From: Tubiluchus corallicola
Lineage: Eukaryota; Animalia; Priapulida
NCBI GenBank assembly: GCA_030141605.1
Contig: JAQGDQ010001379.1
Span: 1-43,595 of the forward strand
Reading direction: 5' to 3'
DNA length: 43,595 nucleotides
In this document: positions 1 through 12,394 of the stretch, one piece after another
Layout of the letters: every line of letters begins with the position of its first letter
Position numbering within the stretch: the stretch's first letter is position 1
The notes under the pieces: generated by a model
Told to the model about the DNA's origin: nothing
Seen by the model: only the letters and a program-made list of their open reading frames with translations
The model's database searches: none
Made by a program: the position numbers and the translations under genes

Positions 1-390
1 GTTCAGTAGATTCACGAGATTCGATAGATTCAGTTGGTTCAGTAGATTCGAGAGATTCAGTAGTTTCAGTTGGTTCAGTAGATTCACGAGATTCACGAGA
101 TTCGAGAGATTCAGTAGATTCAGTTGGTTCAGTAGATTCACGAGATTCGAGAGATTCAGTAGTTTCAGTTGGTTCAGTAGATTCACAAGATTCACGAGAT
201 TCGAGAGATTCAGTAGATTCACGAGATTCACGAGATTCGAGAGATTCAGTAGATCCAGTTGGTTCAGTAGATTCACGAGATTCAGTAGATTCTGTTGATT
301 CAGTAGATTCACGAGATTCGCTAGGTTCGAGAGATTCAGTAAACTCAATAGATTTATTAGTTTCGAGAGATTCAGTAGATTCAGTAGACT
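1..390. repeat. 9-bp-based minisatellite (GATTCAGTA/GATTCACGA/GATTCGAGA), truncated by window start
   Basis: Direct reading. Confidence 0.9.
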
Positions 391-921
391 GAATACAATG
401 CACTGACTACTGACGTTGTCATTTAAATAAAATTAATAATATTGATGTAAAGTTTAACTGCTAGAAAGATTCAAGAGAAATGAAAGGAAATCGGACAGGG
501 ACAGCAGAAAGAGAAAGAAAAATAAGAAAAATGGAAAAAAGAAGACATATTTTATTATATTCAAGAGTTTTATTCATATTATAAGTCTTTACTAAACCTA
601 CATTTGTTAGCAAATAGAGGGAAAAGGGAGAAAAAGCTAAGAGAATTAAGAAAAAGATATCGAAATAAACGATAACAAAGAAGAAAAGAAAGTGAAAAGG
701 AACACATAATAGAACATGGCACATAAGCGTCTACCACAGTTTAACCTCGTTGCGACATCTGGTGGCAAGGATATCTATGATTGAAATCGACGTTAGTGTG
801 ACGAATTTTGTAAGCAACGTGTGAAATAAATGGGTAAATACTCTTCGTAAATAAAACTTGAAAAATTTGTTTTTGAAAATTTATATCACTTACATGCTGT
901 CTTATTGCGTAAAGAGATTGC

Positions 922-1017
922 ATTAGCAGTAACACTGTATAAAACTTGTAACTTGTAAACTTTCACAATGACTGTTAAGCGCAGCCGTTTTGAGGGTAAG
1001 TCGTTTGGAACAAGTTG
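922..1017 (+). repeat. Dispersed repeat family B, copy 1
   Basis: tagcagta..ctgtataaaactt..atgactgtt..gcgcagcc.ttttga..gtaagtcgtttg is colinear with 42343-42435. Confidence 0.65.
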
Positions 1018-1227
1018 GTAAGTATTTTGGTATAGTTACAGGAATCGTTAGACGAACAATCGTCTCACGTGACTGAAGTAATATAACTATTTTAAAAGAA
1101 AGGTCAATCCTTCTAGGAGGTCAGACTTGTTTCAATGCTCGTGAAAAGCGTTAGAAGGATTTAGTAATAAAACTGCAATTCGTGTAACTAGTAAAATCGC
1201 TTTAAAGTGATTAACAAGAGAAACTAA

Positions 1228-1288
1228 AGAAGAAGAAGAAGAAGAAGAAGAAGAAGAAGAAGAAGAAGAAGAAGAAGAAGAAGAAGAA
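1228..1288. repeat. (GAA)n microsatellite
   Basis: Direct reading. Confidence 0.95.
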
Positions 1289-1460
1289 AAACAAGAACGA
1301 AAGACAGGCTATGTGATATAGTGCCGTTTATTTAAATGCAAAATTTTACAAACAACCAAATTGCCAACATACAATAAGCCCCAGGAGCCTGTACATCAAG
1401 ATTTGTCCTCTAAAAAGAGACACTAAACTGACACCAATGCCTCAAATCAGGTTCCGCAAA

Positions 1461-1504
1461 TTTCTTGGCGGTCCCTCATCCATTTACAGACCAGGCTTAG
1501 CATC
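1461..1504 (-). pseudogene. Degenerate 5S rRNA-like fragment (pseudogene or SINE part)
   Basis: ggcggtccctcatccatttacagaccaggcttagc resembles the reverse complement of the 5S internal control region (ggcggtctcccatccaagtactaaccaggc...cttagc). Confidence 0.35.
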
Positions 1505-1780
1505 ACCACAAAAACTTTCCACAGAGAGTATATAACTTAGCGTTACGTTTACCTGTTTGAAAAACTTAAGTAATTGGAAAACTTGCTAATTTAAAAACTT
1601 GCGCTGCCCGGTAAGACACTACCCCATAGGCAATCCCAGTGTGCACCAGTGGTTCACTGAAAATACATTACTGTTCTAATTGACAAAATACAGTAATTTA
1701 AACTTTTGCTTAAATAGCAAAGAATGTGCTACGAATGCCCTGATTATTTTCCTCAATCTTAGCACAATGTTATCTAAACT

Positions 1781-2013
1781 TCAGTGTGTTGATACTAAAA
1801 CTAGGCAAGTTTTAAGATAAAATTCAAATTTTAAATTAATCGTGCTCACGCATGAGATGTCGAACGTTTGTATTACGTCACAAACGAACAAACTTTTTTG
1901 TGCAATGCGTTTCCGAAATGCAGCCGCTAGTGCCCGTCTAACTAGCGAATGGCGAAATACATGTAACAGCGAAGAATTAATGGCGCGAAAATGAAATTGT
2001 GTTTGTGTGATAA
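1781..2013 (+). mobile_element. Family A partial copy
   Basis: tactaaaactaggcaagttttaagataaaa...ctaactagcgaa...tgaaattgtgtttgtgt matches 26855-27113. Confidence 0.75.
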
Positions 2014-2356
2014 TAATTCTTTCACGTAAGTCATTCTATGTTTGCTTTCATTATTTAAAACAGTAGATTGTTTTGACCTACAGTTTAGGATTGGGTCCGG
2101 TTTTCCTTTAATAAAAGCACTGGAAGTGTTAGGATAGAAATTCCCGTGATTAAACTTTGAATTGTAATATGTTGTGACGTCTACTAACACTTACATATTT
2201 TAATTTACAGATTGTACGTTATGAAGTGATAATGTAAATGATCCAACTCATTTGTTTATTGTTTTTATTTACAAATATATACAGGTGACAGGGCAATGGA
2301 CGTCAAACACTAATAATACTTTTTGAGAAGAAACTTTAGTGTATACCAATATTTTA

Positions 2357-2360
2357 CATC

Positions 2361-2431
<71 letters not shown>

Positions 2432-2483
2432 CATCATCTTTATCATCATCATCATCATCATCTTTATCATCATCATCATCATT

Positions 2484-2531
<48 letters not shown>

Positions 2532-2534
2532 TTT

Positions 2535-2585
<51 letters not shown>

Positions 2586-2591
2586 GTCGTC
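2357..2591. repeat. (CAT)n microsatellite
   Basis: Direct reading. Confidence 0.95.
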
Positions 2592-2705
2592 TTTACTATC
2601 ACGCTTGCCTTTTGGGCTAAATATGTTTGACCTCTTCATAGTCGCTCAATTTTTTTGCAGCAGCCAGCTTCATCATAGCCATCGTTATTGACATTGTTGA
2701 TAGAG

Positions 2706-3101
2706 TTGGTTGCTGTTGTTGTTGTTGTTGTTGTTGTTGTTGTGGCTGCTGCTGTTGCTGCTGTTGTTGTTGTTGTCGTAGTCGTCGCTGCTGTTGCTGT
2801 TGTTGTTGTCGTCGTAGTCGTCGCTGCTGCTGCTGCTGTTGTTGTTGTTGTTGTTGTTATTATTATTGTCATTCTTGTTGTTGTTATCATTATTGTCATT
2901 GTTGTTGTTGTTGTTGTCGTCGTTGCTGTTGTCGCTGCTGCTGCTGCTGTTGTTGTTGTTGTTATTATTATTGTCATTATTGTTGTTGTTGTTGTTGTCG
3001 TTGCTGTTGTCGTTGCTGCTGCTGCTGCTGTTGTTGTTGTTGTTATTATTATTGTCATTGTTGTTGTTGTTGTTGTTATTATTGTCATTGTTGTTGTTGT
3101 T
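2706..3101. repeat. Compound (GTT/GCT/ATT)n microsatellite
   Basis: Direct reading. Confidence 0.95.
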
Positions 3102-3411
3102 TCTTCCCCAGGACCACTTTTATTTGTAATTTGTAAGATTTAGTAGCAGGATTAGTGGCACGAAGCATATTCTATAGTACAGCAGTATAAATTTGGTTTA
3201 AAAATGCTTGTCTTTTCATGAACTTTACAGGTTGACGTATTATTAAAATACAGCTCGCTGTTATCATGTCATCATTATATAGATATCAATCATTATCAAG
3301 TTACTGAACCTGTAATGTAGGTAAATTTTATATACCGGTTTCCTTTAATTTACGTCTTTGGCGTATATTACAACTCTCATAAGACGTAAAACTTTCATTT
3401 TCTCATGCAAG

Positions 3412-3620
3412 ACAGAGCAATATTCACATAGTCTTTGATTCACACACAGAGCAATATTCACACAGTCTTTGATTCACACACAGAGCAATATTCACAGAGT
3501 CTTTGATTCACACACAGAGCAATATTCACACTCTCCTTGATTCACACACAGAGCAATATTCACATAGTCTTTGATTCACACACAGAGCAATAGTCACATA
3601 GTCTCTGATTCACACACACA
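3412..3620. repeat. 34-bp minisatellite, 6 copies
   Basis: CAGAGCAA recurs at 3413, 3447, 3481, 3515, 3549 and 3583. Confidence 0.95.
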
Positions 3621-4599
3621 TGTTGCAGACAGGAAGTGTTAATGCTTAGTTTCCTAATTTCTCCATGTCGTCAAAGGCAAAATTACACGTCTACGGATCG
3701 CAAACTTTGACTTTTTAACTTTTATTAAACGCATGCAGTTTAGATTAAATTACAGGTTTCTTTAAGCGTTTGTAAACGCCCACTAGGAGGCGCTCTCATA
3801 GATGCCGCCATTACATGTACGAATCGCTTGCATAAATTAACTTTTCTCATAAAAAAGTTTAAAGAATTATATTAAATTAAGGTTTAAATAATAAATTTAC
3901 CATCAAGAGTTAAAAAAATTACAGACCAACGCATAAGAATTCGCTATAACCGAAAAAGAAATAACCGAAAATTCTGCCCATCTCACGGCGAGGGGGTTCT
4001 CTCTTTTTCATGGCTCTCCTAATCGCTACCTGGATTTTCTTGTGTGACCGATCCCCCAAATCGCCTTATGCAAGCCGTCCCGCAAACCCAGCAGGCCCTA
4101 ATGACGGGTTGCCGGCCGGGGACAATCGGGGACCTCCTACCGGTACGTTCACCAACACCTGGGCTTTATGCATCTGTCTTAAAAGAAACATCGTCTAAGC
4201 GTCTGTAATTTGGCCTCCCTAATTGCAGATTATTGTGAATTTTCTATAAGTTATCAATTGTGTAACGAGGAGGGCAGCTAACTGCCTTCACGCCTATGTC
4301 AATTCAGCGGATGAATACGCTTTTGGTAATAAAGTCGAGTTGAAAACATTTAGACGCAGAATGCAATATTATTAATGTCAAATGCTGGGCAGAAGTTGTC
4401 ACGTTTTGCACCTTGTTAAGGCAATTCTCGGTTGCTTCATCGTGTTAATTTCATTTTTTTTCTCTGCAAATGCGGAGGCGTTTGCCAGTTGCAAAGGTTT
4501 CTTCTGTTGCCGATTTGTTTTATGCACTAAGATCAATCTCTCTCGGAAGTGGTGCTGACAAGCCGTTAGCATGGCAGAGTCTAGTTTTTTGCTAGAATA

Positions 4600-4801
4600 A
4601 CGACGATGATGACGACAATGATGCTGATGATGACAATGACGATGATGATGGTGATGACGACGGCGACGACGATGAAAATGATGATGATGATGACGACGAC
4701 GACAACGAGGAAGATGATGAGGAGGAGAAGGAGGATGACGACGACGACGACGATGATGACGACGACGACGATGATGACGACGACGACGATGAAGATGAGG
4801 G

Positions 4802-4835
<34 letters not shown>

Positions 4836-4985
4836 AAGGACGACGACGACGACGACGACGATGAAGAAGAAGAAGATGATGATGATGATGACGACGACAA
4901 CGATGAAGATGAGGGTGATGATGATGATGATGATGATGATGACGATGGCGATGGTGTGATGATGATAATGATGATGATAACGATA
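4600..4985. repeat. (GAT/GAC)n microsatellite
   Basis: Direct reading. Confidence 0.95.
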
Positions 4986-5344
4986 AAAATGTTACATAAC
5001 AATAAAAAGATTAACTAACCGCAAAGCATACAAACTAATTGTACACGTGGGTACAAAAGAGTAAACCCTTCTCGAGAATTCGTTAAAAATTTATTCATAT
5101 TTGCAATTGCAAGTTAAAACTCTTTGCCACGAAAATAGACAATTTGGATAGAAAATCCCTCCTCTTTCGTATTTTAAAAACGCCTTCATTTTCTGTCCAC
5201 CCTGTACATTCACCAACTATGAAAATATGGATGCACTTAGGGCTATCAGGAAAACTATCCCAGAAATCAGAGACCACGCGTGAAAAATCGTTTTGTTAGA
5301 CAGACAGTACAAATATCGAACTTTAAAAAATATTCCCTTCTTTC

Positions 5345-6667
5345 AAACTACTGGTAAACTACTGCCAAACTACTAGTAACTTCTGGTAAACTACTGCCAA
5401 ACTACTAGCAAACTACTGAAAACTGCTGAAAAAACTACTGGTAAATTACTGCCAAACTACTAGTAAACTACTGGTAAACTACTGCCAAACTACTAGCAAA
5501 CTACTGAAAACTACTGAAAAAACTACTGGTAAACTACTGCCAAACTACTAGTAACTTCTGGTAAACTACTGCCAAACTACTAGCAAACTACTGAAAACTA
5601 CTGAAAAAACTACTGGTAAATTACTGCCAAACTACTAGTAAACTACTGGTAAACTACTGAAAAAACTACTGGTAAATTACTGCCAAACTACTAGTAAACT
5701 ACATGTAAACTACTGCCAAACTACTAGTAAACTACTGCCAAACTACTAGTAAACTACTGGTAAACTAATGCCAAACTACTAGTAAATTACTGCCAAACTA
5801 CTAGTAAACTACTGGTAGACTACTGCCAAACTACTATTAAACTACTGGCAAACTACTGGTAAACTATTTTTAAACTATTGCCAACTAGTAAACTACTGCC
5901 AAACTACTAGTAAACTACTGGTAAACTAATGCCAAACTACTAGTAAATTACTGCCAAACTACTAGTAAACTACTGGTAGACTACTGCCAAACTACTATTA
6001 AACTACTGGCAAACTACTGGTAAACTATTTTTAAACTATTGCCAACTAGTAAACTACTGTCAAACTACTAGTAAACTACTGGTAAGCTACTGCCAAACTA
6101 CTATTAAACTACTGGCAAACTACTGGTAAACTATTTTTAAACTATTGCCAACTAGTAAACTACTGCCAAACTACTAGTAAACTACTAGTAAACTACTGGT
6201 AAATTACTGCTAAACTACTAGAAAACTACTGCCAAACTACTGCAAAACTACTAGTAAACTACTGGTAAACTAATGCCAAACTACTAGTAAATTACTGCCA
6301 AACTACTAGTAAACTACTGGTAAGCTACTGCCAAACTACTATTAAACTACTGGCAAACTACTGGTAAACTATTTTTAAACTATTGCCAACTAGTAAACTA
6401 CTGTCAAACTACTAGTAAACTACTGGTAAGCTACTGCCAAACTACTATTAAACTACTGGCAAACTACTGGTAAACTATTTTTAAACTATTGCCAACTAGT
6501 AAACTACTGCCAAACTACTAGTAAACTACTGGTAAATTACTGCTAAACTACTAGAAAACTACTGCCAAACTACTGCAAAACTACTAGTAAACTACTGGTA
6601 AACTACTAGTAAACTACTGCCAAACTACTGCAAAACTACTAGTAAACTAGTGGAAAATTACTGGTAA
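5345..6667. repeat. 11-bp-based satellite (AAACTACTGGT/AAACTACTAGT/AAACTACTGCC) with higher-order blocks
   Basis: Direct reading; the variant block ctatttttaaactattgccaactagt recurs five times. Confidence 0.95.
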
Positions 6668-6985
6668 TAATGAACTAAACCAAAAATTGTGATTTTGTGA
6701 ATTTTGTGAATTTGTGATAAACATTTTTACACCCCCACCCCTTCGCTCCCCAAGACGTGTCAGGGACGCACGTATCTCGTCTTATTTAGTCTTACGCAAT
6801 AATGTCACCAGTTCACAAGTATTAAATCTTTTGAATCAAATTCTTGTGAAAGCAAAAAAATGTGAAAAAGTCAAGACTAAACCTGAATTCGAACCATTGT
6901 CCATTGGAGTAATAGCGTAACGCCACGCCTGGTGACTGGACTGCTCTTTTATAGAACGAATTACAGACGTGTCAGGATTGTAAGA

Positions 6986-7056
6986 AACTGTGTGGTCTAA
7001 TGGTCAAGATACAGAACTTGCAATTCAAGGGTTTCGGGTTCAGATCTACACTCGAC
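6986..7056 (+). mobile_element. Degenerate tRNA-like (SINE head or tRNA pseudogene) sequence
   Basis: A box TGGTCTAATGG and B-box-like GGTTCAGATC at tRNA spacing. No intact cloverleaf. Confidence 0.4.
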
Positions 7057-7821
7057 ATAATATTTTTTTTATTCGCTTCGCTGAAATTTCCTTTTAAAAT
7101 TAATATCAATGGCTTCATTTCATCAAGTATAGTACTCTTTTCTAGTGAAATAACCTGGCTTCTACAGTATGAAGTAACTAATGTCACTCGGTAATACGAA
7201 GCCACGCCGATATCACGCCTAACAACAGCAATCCGAAACCCCTCAGCTGGTTCTCTCCACTGGCTTCTCTCTGCGCCACTTAATTCCTGCCTCTTCTCAC
7301 CAGCCAGAAGCCATTATGCGTGACGTCACTGGGAATTGTTTGCAAGTCAATTGGAGACAATTTTCCTACAATTTCGTAGTGATTCTCCGCAGCCATTCCG
7401 CGACTATGGGGGCCCTAATCGATCTCCAGCCTTTGACAAAGACAATTTGCCCGCTTGTAGGAAATGTCGGAAATTCACAGGGCAAATTGCGCCTATTAGG
7501 GCCGTAAGATTATGCGATATAATAACGCTGGCAACTTTATAAGTTCATTCGAACCAAAGTAACGATGTTTGCAGTAAAATTGCTCGCAATTTGAAGAGGA
7601 GGGGGGGGGGATAATTGACTTCTAAATTATGACGTAGTTTAATAGGCTGCCGTGTTTCGCCATAGCCAAGACGGAATGATTCTTCACGGATAATTACGGA
7701 TAATGGAGATGGTAGTTATTAGGGGATTGTGGGTGACGTTACACAGTGGATCATTCACTTCTTCAGCGGGTTGTGGATAATGGAATGTAATGTGTAATTT
7801 ATTTATATAGCAAATTCATAT

Positions 7822-8769
7822 ATTCTTGTTCTTGTTCTTCTGCTTGTTCTTGATTTTGTTCTTGTTCTTGTTTTTGTTCTTGTTCTTCTTCTTGTTCTTG
7901 TTTTTGTTCTTGTTCTTCTTCTTGTTCTTGTTCTTGTTTTTGTTCTTGTTCTTCTTTTTGTTCTTGTTCTTCTTCTTGTTCTTCTTCTTGTTCTTGTTTT
8001 TGTTCTTGTTCTTCTTCTTATTCTTGTTTTTGTTCTTGTTCTTCTTCTTGTTCTTGTTTTTGTTCTTGTTTTTGTTCTTGTTCTTCTTCTTGTTTTTGTT
8101 TTTATTCTTGTTCTTCTTCTCGATTTTGTTCTTCTTCTTGTTCTTTTTTTGTTCTTGTTCTTCTGCTTGTTCTTGCTTTTGTTTTTGCTCTTGTTCTTGT
8201 TTTTGTTCTTCTTGTTCTTGTTTTTGTTCTTGTTCTTCTTCTTGTTTTTGTTTTTATTCTTGTTCTTCTTCTTGATTTTGTTCTTGTTTTTGTTTTTCTT
8301 CTTCTTGTTTTTGTTTTTGTTCTTCTTCTTGTTCTTTTTTTGTTCTTGTTTTTCTGCTTGTTCTTGCTCTTGTTCTTGTTTTTGTTCTTCTTCTTGTTCT
8401 TGTTTTTGTTCTTGTTCTTCTTCTTGCTTTTGTTTTTATTCTTCTTCTAGATTTTGTTCTTCTTCTTGTTCTTGTTCTTATCCTGTCCTTGTTCTTGTTC
8501 TTGTTCTTTTTATTGCTCTTAAACTTGTTCTTCTTCTTTCTGTCCTGTTCTAGTTCTTGTTCTTGTTCTAGCTCTTTTTCTTGTTCTTATTCTTCTTCTT
8601 CTTCTTGTCCTGTTTTTGTTCTTCTTCTTCTTGTCTTGTTCTTGTTCTTCTTTTTAATCTTCTTGTTGTTGTTCTTCTTCTTGATCTTCTTGTATTCTCA
8701 TATTCTCACATTCTGATATCGTGACATTCGAACATTTTTATATTTTGATATTCTTATATTCTTCTTCTT

Positions 8770-8803
<34 letters not shown>

Positions 8804-8927
8804 AACTCCTACTTCTTCTTCTTCTTCTTCTTCTTCTTTGCCTTCTTCTTGCTCTTGTTCTTGTTCTTGTTCTTGTTCTTGTTCTTGTTCTTGTTCTTGT
8901 TCTTGTTCTTGTTCTTGTTCTTGTTCT
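7822..8927. repeat. (CTTGTT/CTT)n low-complexity tract
   Basis: Direct reading. Confidence 0.95.
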
Positions 8928-8937
8928 AATCCAGTAT

Positions 8938-9341
8938 TTTTACTATTTTACCACAAACACAATTTCACATCCGCGCCACTAGTTCTTCGTTATCACATTT
9001 CGGAAAAACATTGCATAAAAACAGGTGCTGTACCTCTCAGTTCAGATGTGTTAGTTTGTAACGTTTTGCACACGTTCGACAGCTCAAGTGCGAGTACCTT
9101 ACCGTATCACTGTACTTCAATTTTCGCTTTCGCAAACACGCTCACGGAATATTTTTGCTGTTGAAAATTACGCTAGTTTGTGATGTCATCAATAGTTGGG
9201 CTCGCCCGCCGTTAATTAAGATTTTAATTTATTATTTAACTACTAAAAACGCATTTGCAGTATTATTGGTTTTAAAACGCATAATTTTTATAGTCCTTGA
9301 AAATAGGGTAACATATAAAAAATCATTCTGTCTTCTTTTAA
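8938..9341 (-). mobile_element. Family A copy with internal deletions
   Basis: Reverse complement of 26601-27120 (e.g. aggtgctgtacctctcagttcagatgtgttagttt; gctcgcccgccgttaatt). Confidence 0.8.
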
Positions 9342-9777
9342 TGTTTAAAGTGTAAAAAATAGTTTCAAATCGTATTGCAGTGGAATTTGCTGTAGCAGTT
9401 CCCGCGTACCATATAGGAGATATAATATTGCGAAGTTCAGATCTGTGTATAATGCGGTTCTAAGTCTTTTTTAAAGTGTTACGAATTAGATACGAGAACG
9501 TCTTATATATGTGCACACAACAAGCTTCCACAAGCTTTAATACGGAAGAGCTGATATAGTTTAAGAAATCGTGTGCTTTGTGTGTGTAAAAATGACATTA
9601 TCCTTAGTGTCCGTATGAACTCTGATGTGTATATAGAGTTACTGTGTTTTAAAAATTGAAAAATGATAGTAACTGATGATTTTAAGTTGGAAATTTTTAG
9701 GTCAGATACTTTTAATATGTATTTAAGATTTTTAGTTAGTAATTTTAATCTGGTATAACCTTCGAATTGATCATAAC

Positions 9778-10262
9778 TGTATAATTTTACTGTTTAGTTT
9801 TATTCATGTATAAAACGGTGTATATTTATTTCTTGTGTGTTATATAATAAATAACGATAGTACTAGTGTGTGGTAAATAAACACGAGTTGAGTTAAAGTG
9901 TATAATTTTACTGTTTATTTTTATTCATGTATAAAATGGTGTATATTTATTTCTTGTGTCTTATATAATAAATAACAATAGTAATAGTGTGTGGTAAATA
10001 AACAGGAGTTGAGTTGAAGTGTATAATTTTACTGTTTAGTTTTACTCGTGTATAAAATGGTGTATATTTATGTCTTGTGCCTAATGTAATATATAACAAT
10101 AGTAATAGTGTGTGGTAAATAAACACGAGTTGAGTTAAAGTGTATAATTTTACTGTTTAGTTTTACTCGTGTATAAAATGGTGTATATTTATTTCCTGTG
10201 CCTCATGTAATATATAACAATAATAATAGTGTGTGGTAAATAAACACGAGTAGAGTTGAAGT
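9778..10262. repeat. 121-bp tandem repeat, 4 copies
   Basis: GTATAATTTTACTGTTT at 9779, 9900, 10021 and 10142. Confidence 0.95.
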
Positions 10263-10329
10263 GGAGTCGAAACAAATCATGTTTATTACAACAAACGAAC
10301 TTTTTTATAAATTATGTACAAGAACGACT

Positions 10330-10506
10330 TGAGGCTGTGCTATTTTTAATGAAATTGTCAGTCACCATAGTTACCGCTATTAAGATTACTAAGCCCATAT
10401 ACGCAGGCCTATACATGTCTGAGTCAATTCAGGTCATTTTATTGTATTTTAGGCCCAAGTAAAAGAGATAATTTTGATAAATTAAAAATTAGAGCCCACA
10501 GACAGC
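10330..10506 (+). pseudogene. Possible decayed protein-primed family-B DNA polymerase fragment (Maverick/Polinton-like)
   Basis: Across frameshifts it reads IFNE..., KITKPIYAG..., YFRPK*, ...TDS. This order matches the IFxENL..LNKPIYVG..KPKYG..YTDTDS segment of Polinton pPolB as I recall it. Confidence 0.35.
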
Positions 10507-10604
10507 CACATTATCATTAGCCAATCCTGGCATTTTTACTGTGTGGGTGTAAACAACACATGTATATACAAGTAAAAAGTATAGCTAGACATGCCCTGTT
10601 TAAG

Positions 10605-11383
10605 TACAGTACAAATTGTCTAATGTTAATGACGTCATATTTGTTCAACAATGATGTCATACATAAGCACAATTACAGTACAAACTGTCTAATGTTTAAT
10701 GACGTCATAGTTGTTCAACAATGATGTCATACATAAGCACAATTACAGTACAAATTGTCTGATGTTTAATGACGTCATAGTTGTTCAACAATGATGTCAT
10801 AACTATAAGCACAATTACAGTACAAATTGTCTAATGTTAATGACGTCATATTTGTTCAACAATGATGTCATACATAAGCACAATTACAGTACAAACTGTC
10901 TAATGTTTAATGACGTCATAGTTGTTCAACAATGATGTCATAACTATAAGCACAATTACAGTACAAATTGTCTGATGTTTAATGACGTCATACTTGTTCA
11001 ACAATGATGTCATACATAAGCACAATTACAGTACAAACTGTCTAACGTTTAATGACGTCATAGTTGTTCAACAATGATGTCATAACTATAAGCACAATTA
11101 CAGTACAAATTGTCTGATGTTTAATGACGTCATAGTTGTTCAACAATGATGTCATAACTATAAGCACAATTACAGTACAAATTGTCTAATGTTAATGACG
11201 TCATACTTGATCAACAATGATGTCATACATAAGCACAATTACAGTACAAATTGTCTAATGTTAATGACGTCATAGTTGTTCAACAGTGATGTCATAACTA
11301 TAAGCACAATTACAGTACAAATTGTCTGATGTTTAATGACGTCATAGTTGTTCAACAATGATGTCATAACTATAAGCACAATT
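10605..11383. repeat. ~70-73-bp satellite, 11 copies, each with palindromic ATGACGTCAT
   Basis: Direct reading. Confidence 0.95.
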
Positions 11384-12033
11384 AGGGTCTAATTACTAAT
11401 TAAACACAGTAACAGGGAAGGGAATTGGATATTTTTTCCTGTTATTACCGAAAAATGAAACTGTTATTACATAACGCTATAGTCATTATTACCACGCAAA
11501 TCGTAAACCGTCTCGTGGAAAAATAATTCCGAAGGTTCCCTCCATTGCTTAAACGACTGAATTTAACAACAACGTCAACTTTCGCCGTTATCAAATGCCT
11601 GAATGCAAGAAGACTTCACATTTCACAGATCGAGTTCAGGATGTTTGCATAAATTATTCTATTTAATTCGGTTTATTGACTGCCTTACTAAAACTATTTG
11701 CTTTGTCAAACCGGATTTTCGCCGGATAAGACTAATCAGTGTAGGCAATTACTCCCGGCACGTGCCACTGTTCATCGTAGATCATAAGACTCAATTAGCT
11801 GTTGAATAAAATATACTGCGTGTCACGTGACCGAGTTGTTTATGCCGTTTTGGGGCTCACACAATTACCTAATCCGATTTTTTGGCCAGCAGAGGGCTGG
11901 AAGAGGAGGCAGTCGAACACCTCTTTTTTAAACATAAAATCAGACAAAATGCTCTTTGAAATTCACAACTTTTATTTTGCCAGAAGGTTTCGTTCTTAAC
12001 GGGTTTTGTCAACTGCAAAGTAGAGATACAATG

Positions 12034-12229
12034 ATAAAGTAGTTCGTGTAAAATGTAGTTACAAGTTGGTAGTTTTATCTGTAAAGTAGTTCGTGTAATA
12101 AGTAGTTACATGTAGTTTTATCTGTAAAGTAGTTCGTGTAAAATGTAGTTACAAGTAGGTAGTTTTATCTGTAAAGTAGTTCGTGTAATAAGTTAATACA
12201 AGTAGTTTTATCTGTAAAGTAGTTGTAAA
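12034..12229. repeat. Alternating 47/43-bp tandem repeat
   Basis: taaagtagttcgtgtaa recurs four times. Confidence 0.9.
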
Positions 12230-12394
12230 GGTGTATCTCTACCTGACAGCTGACGAAGTCCGTGAAGTGAATTTCTCTGACATTTTGTGAAAAAAGAGGA
12301 CTGGCTACATTTGCAAAACACTCCAAAATCGTATTTGCAGTAAAATCGTTGTCATCATGTTAAATTGTGTGCATTTAAATTAAGTCTCTCAGAT

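Noticed and set aside
2310-5002. Poly-D/S/H/M/T/V ORFs
   Set aside because: Trinucleotide microsatellites open in several frames on both strands; no splice or homology support.
7826-9164. Phe/Leu- and Cys/Ser-rich ORFs
   Set aside because: Translations of (CTTGTT)n and a family A repeat.
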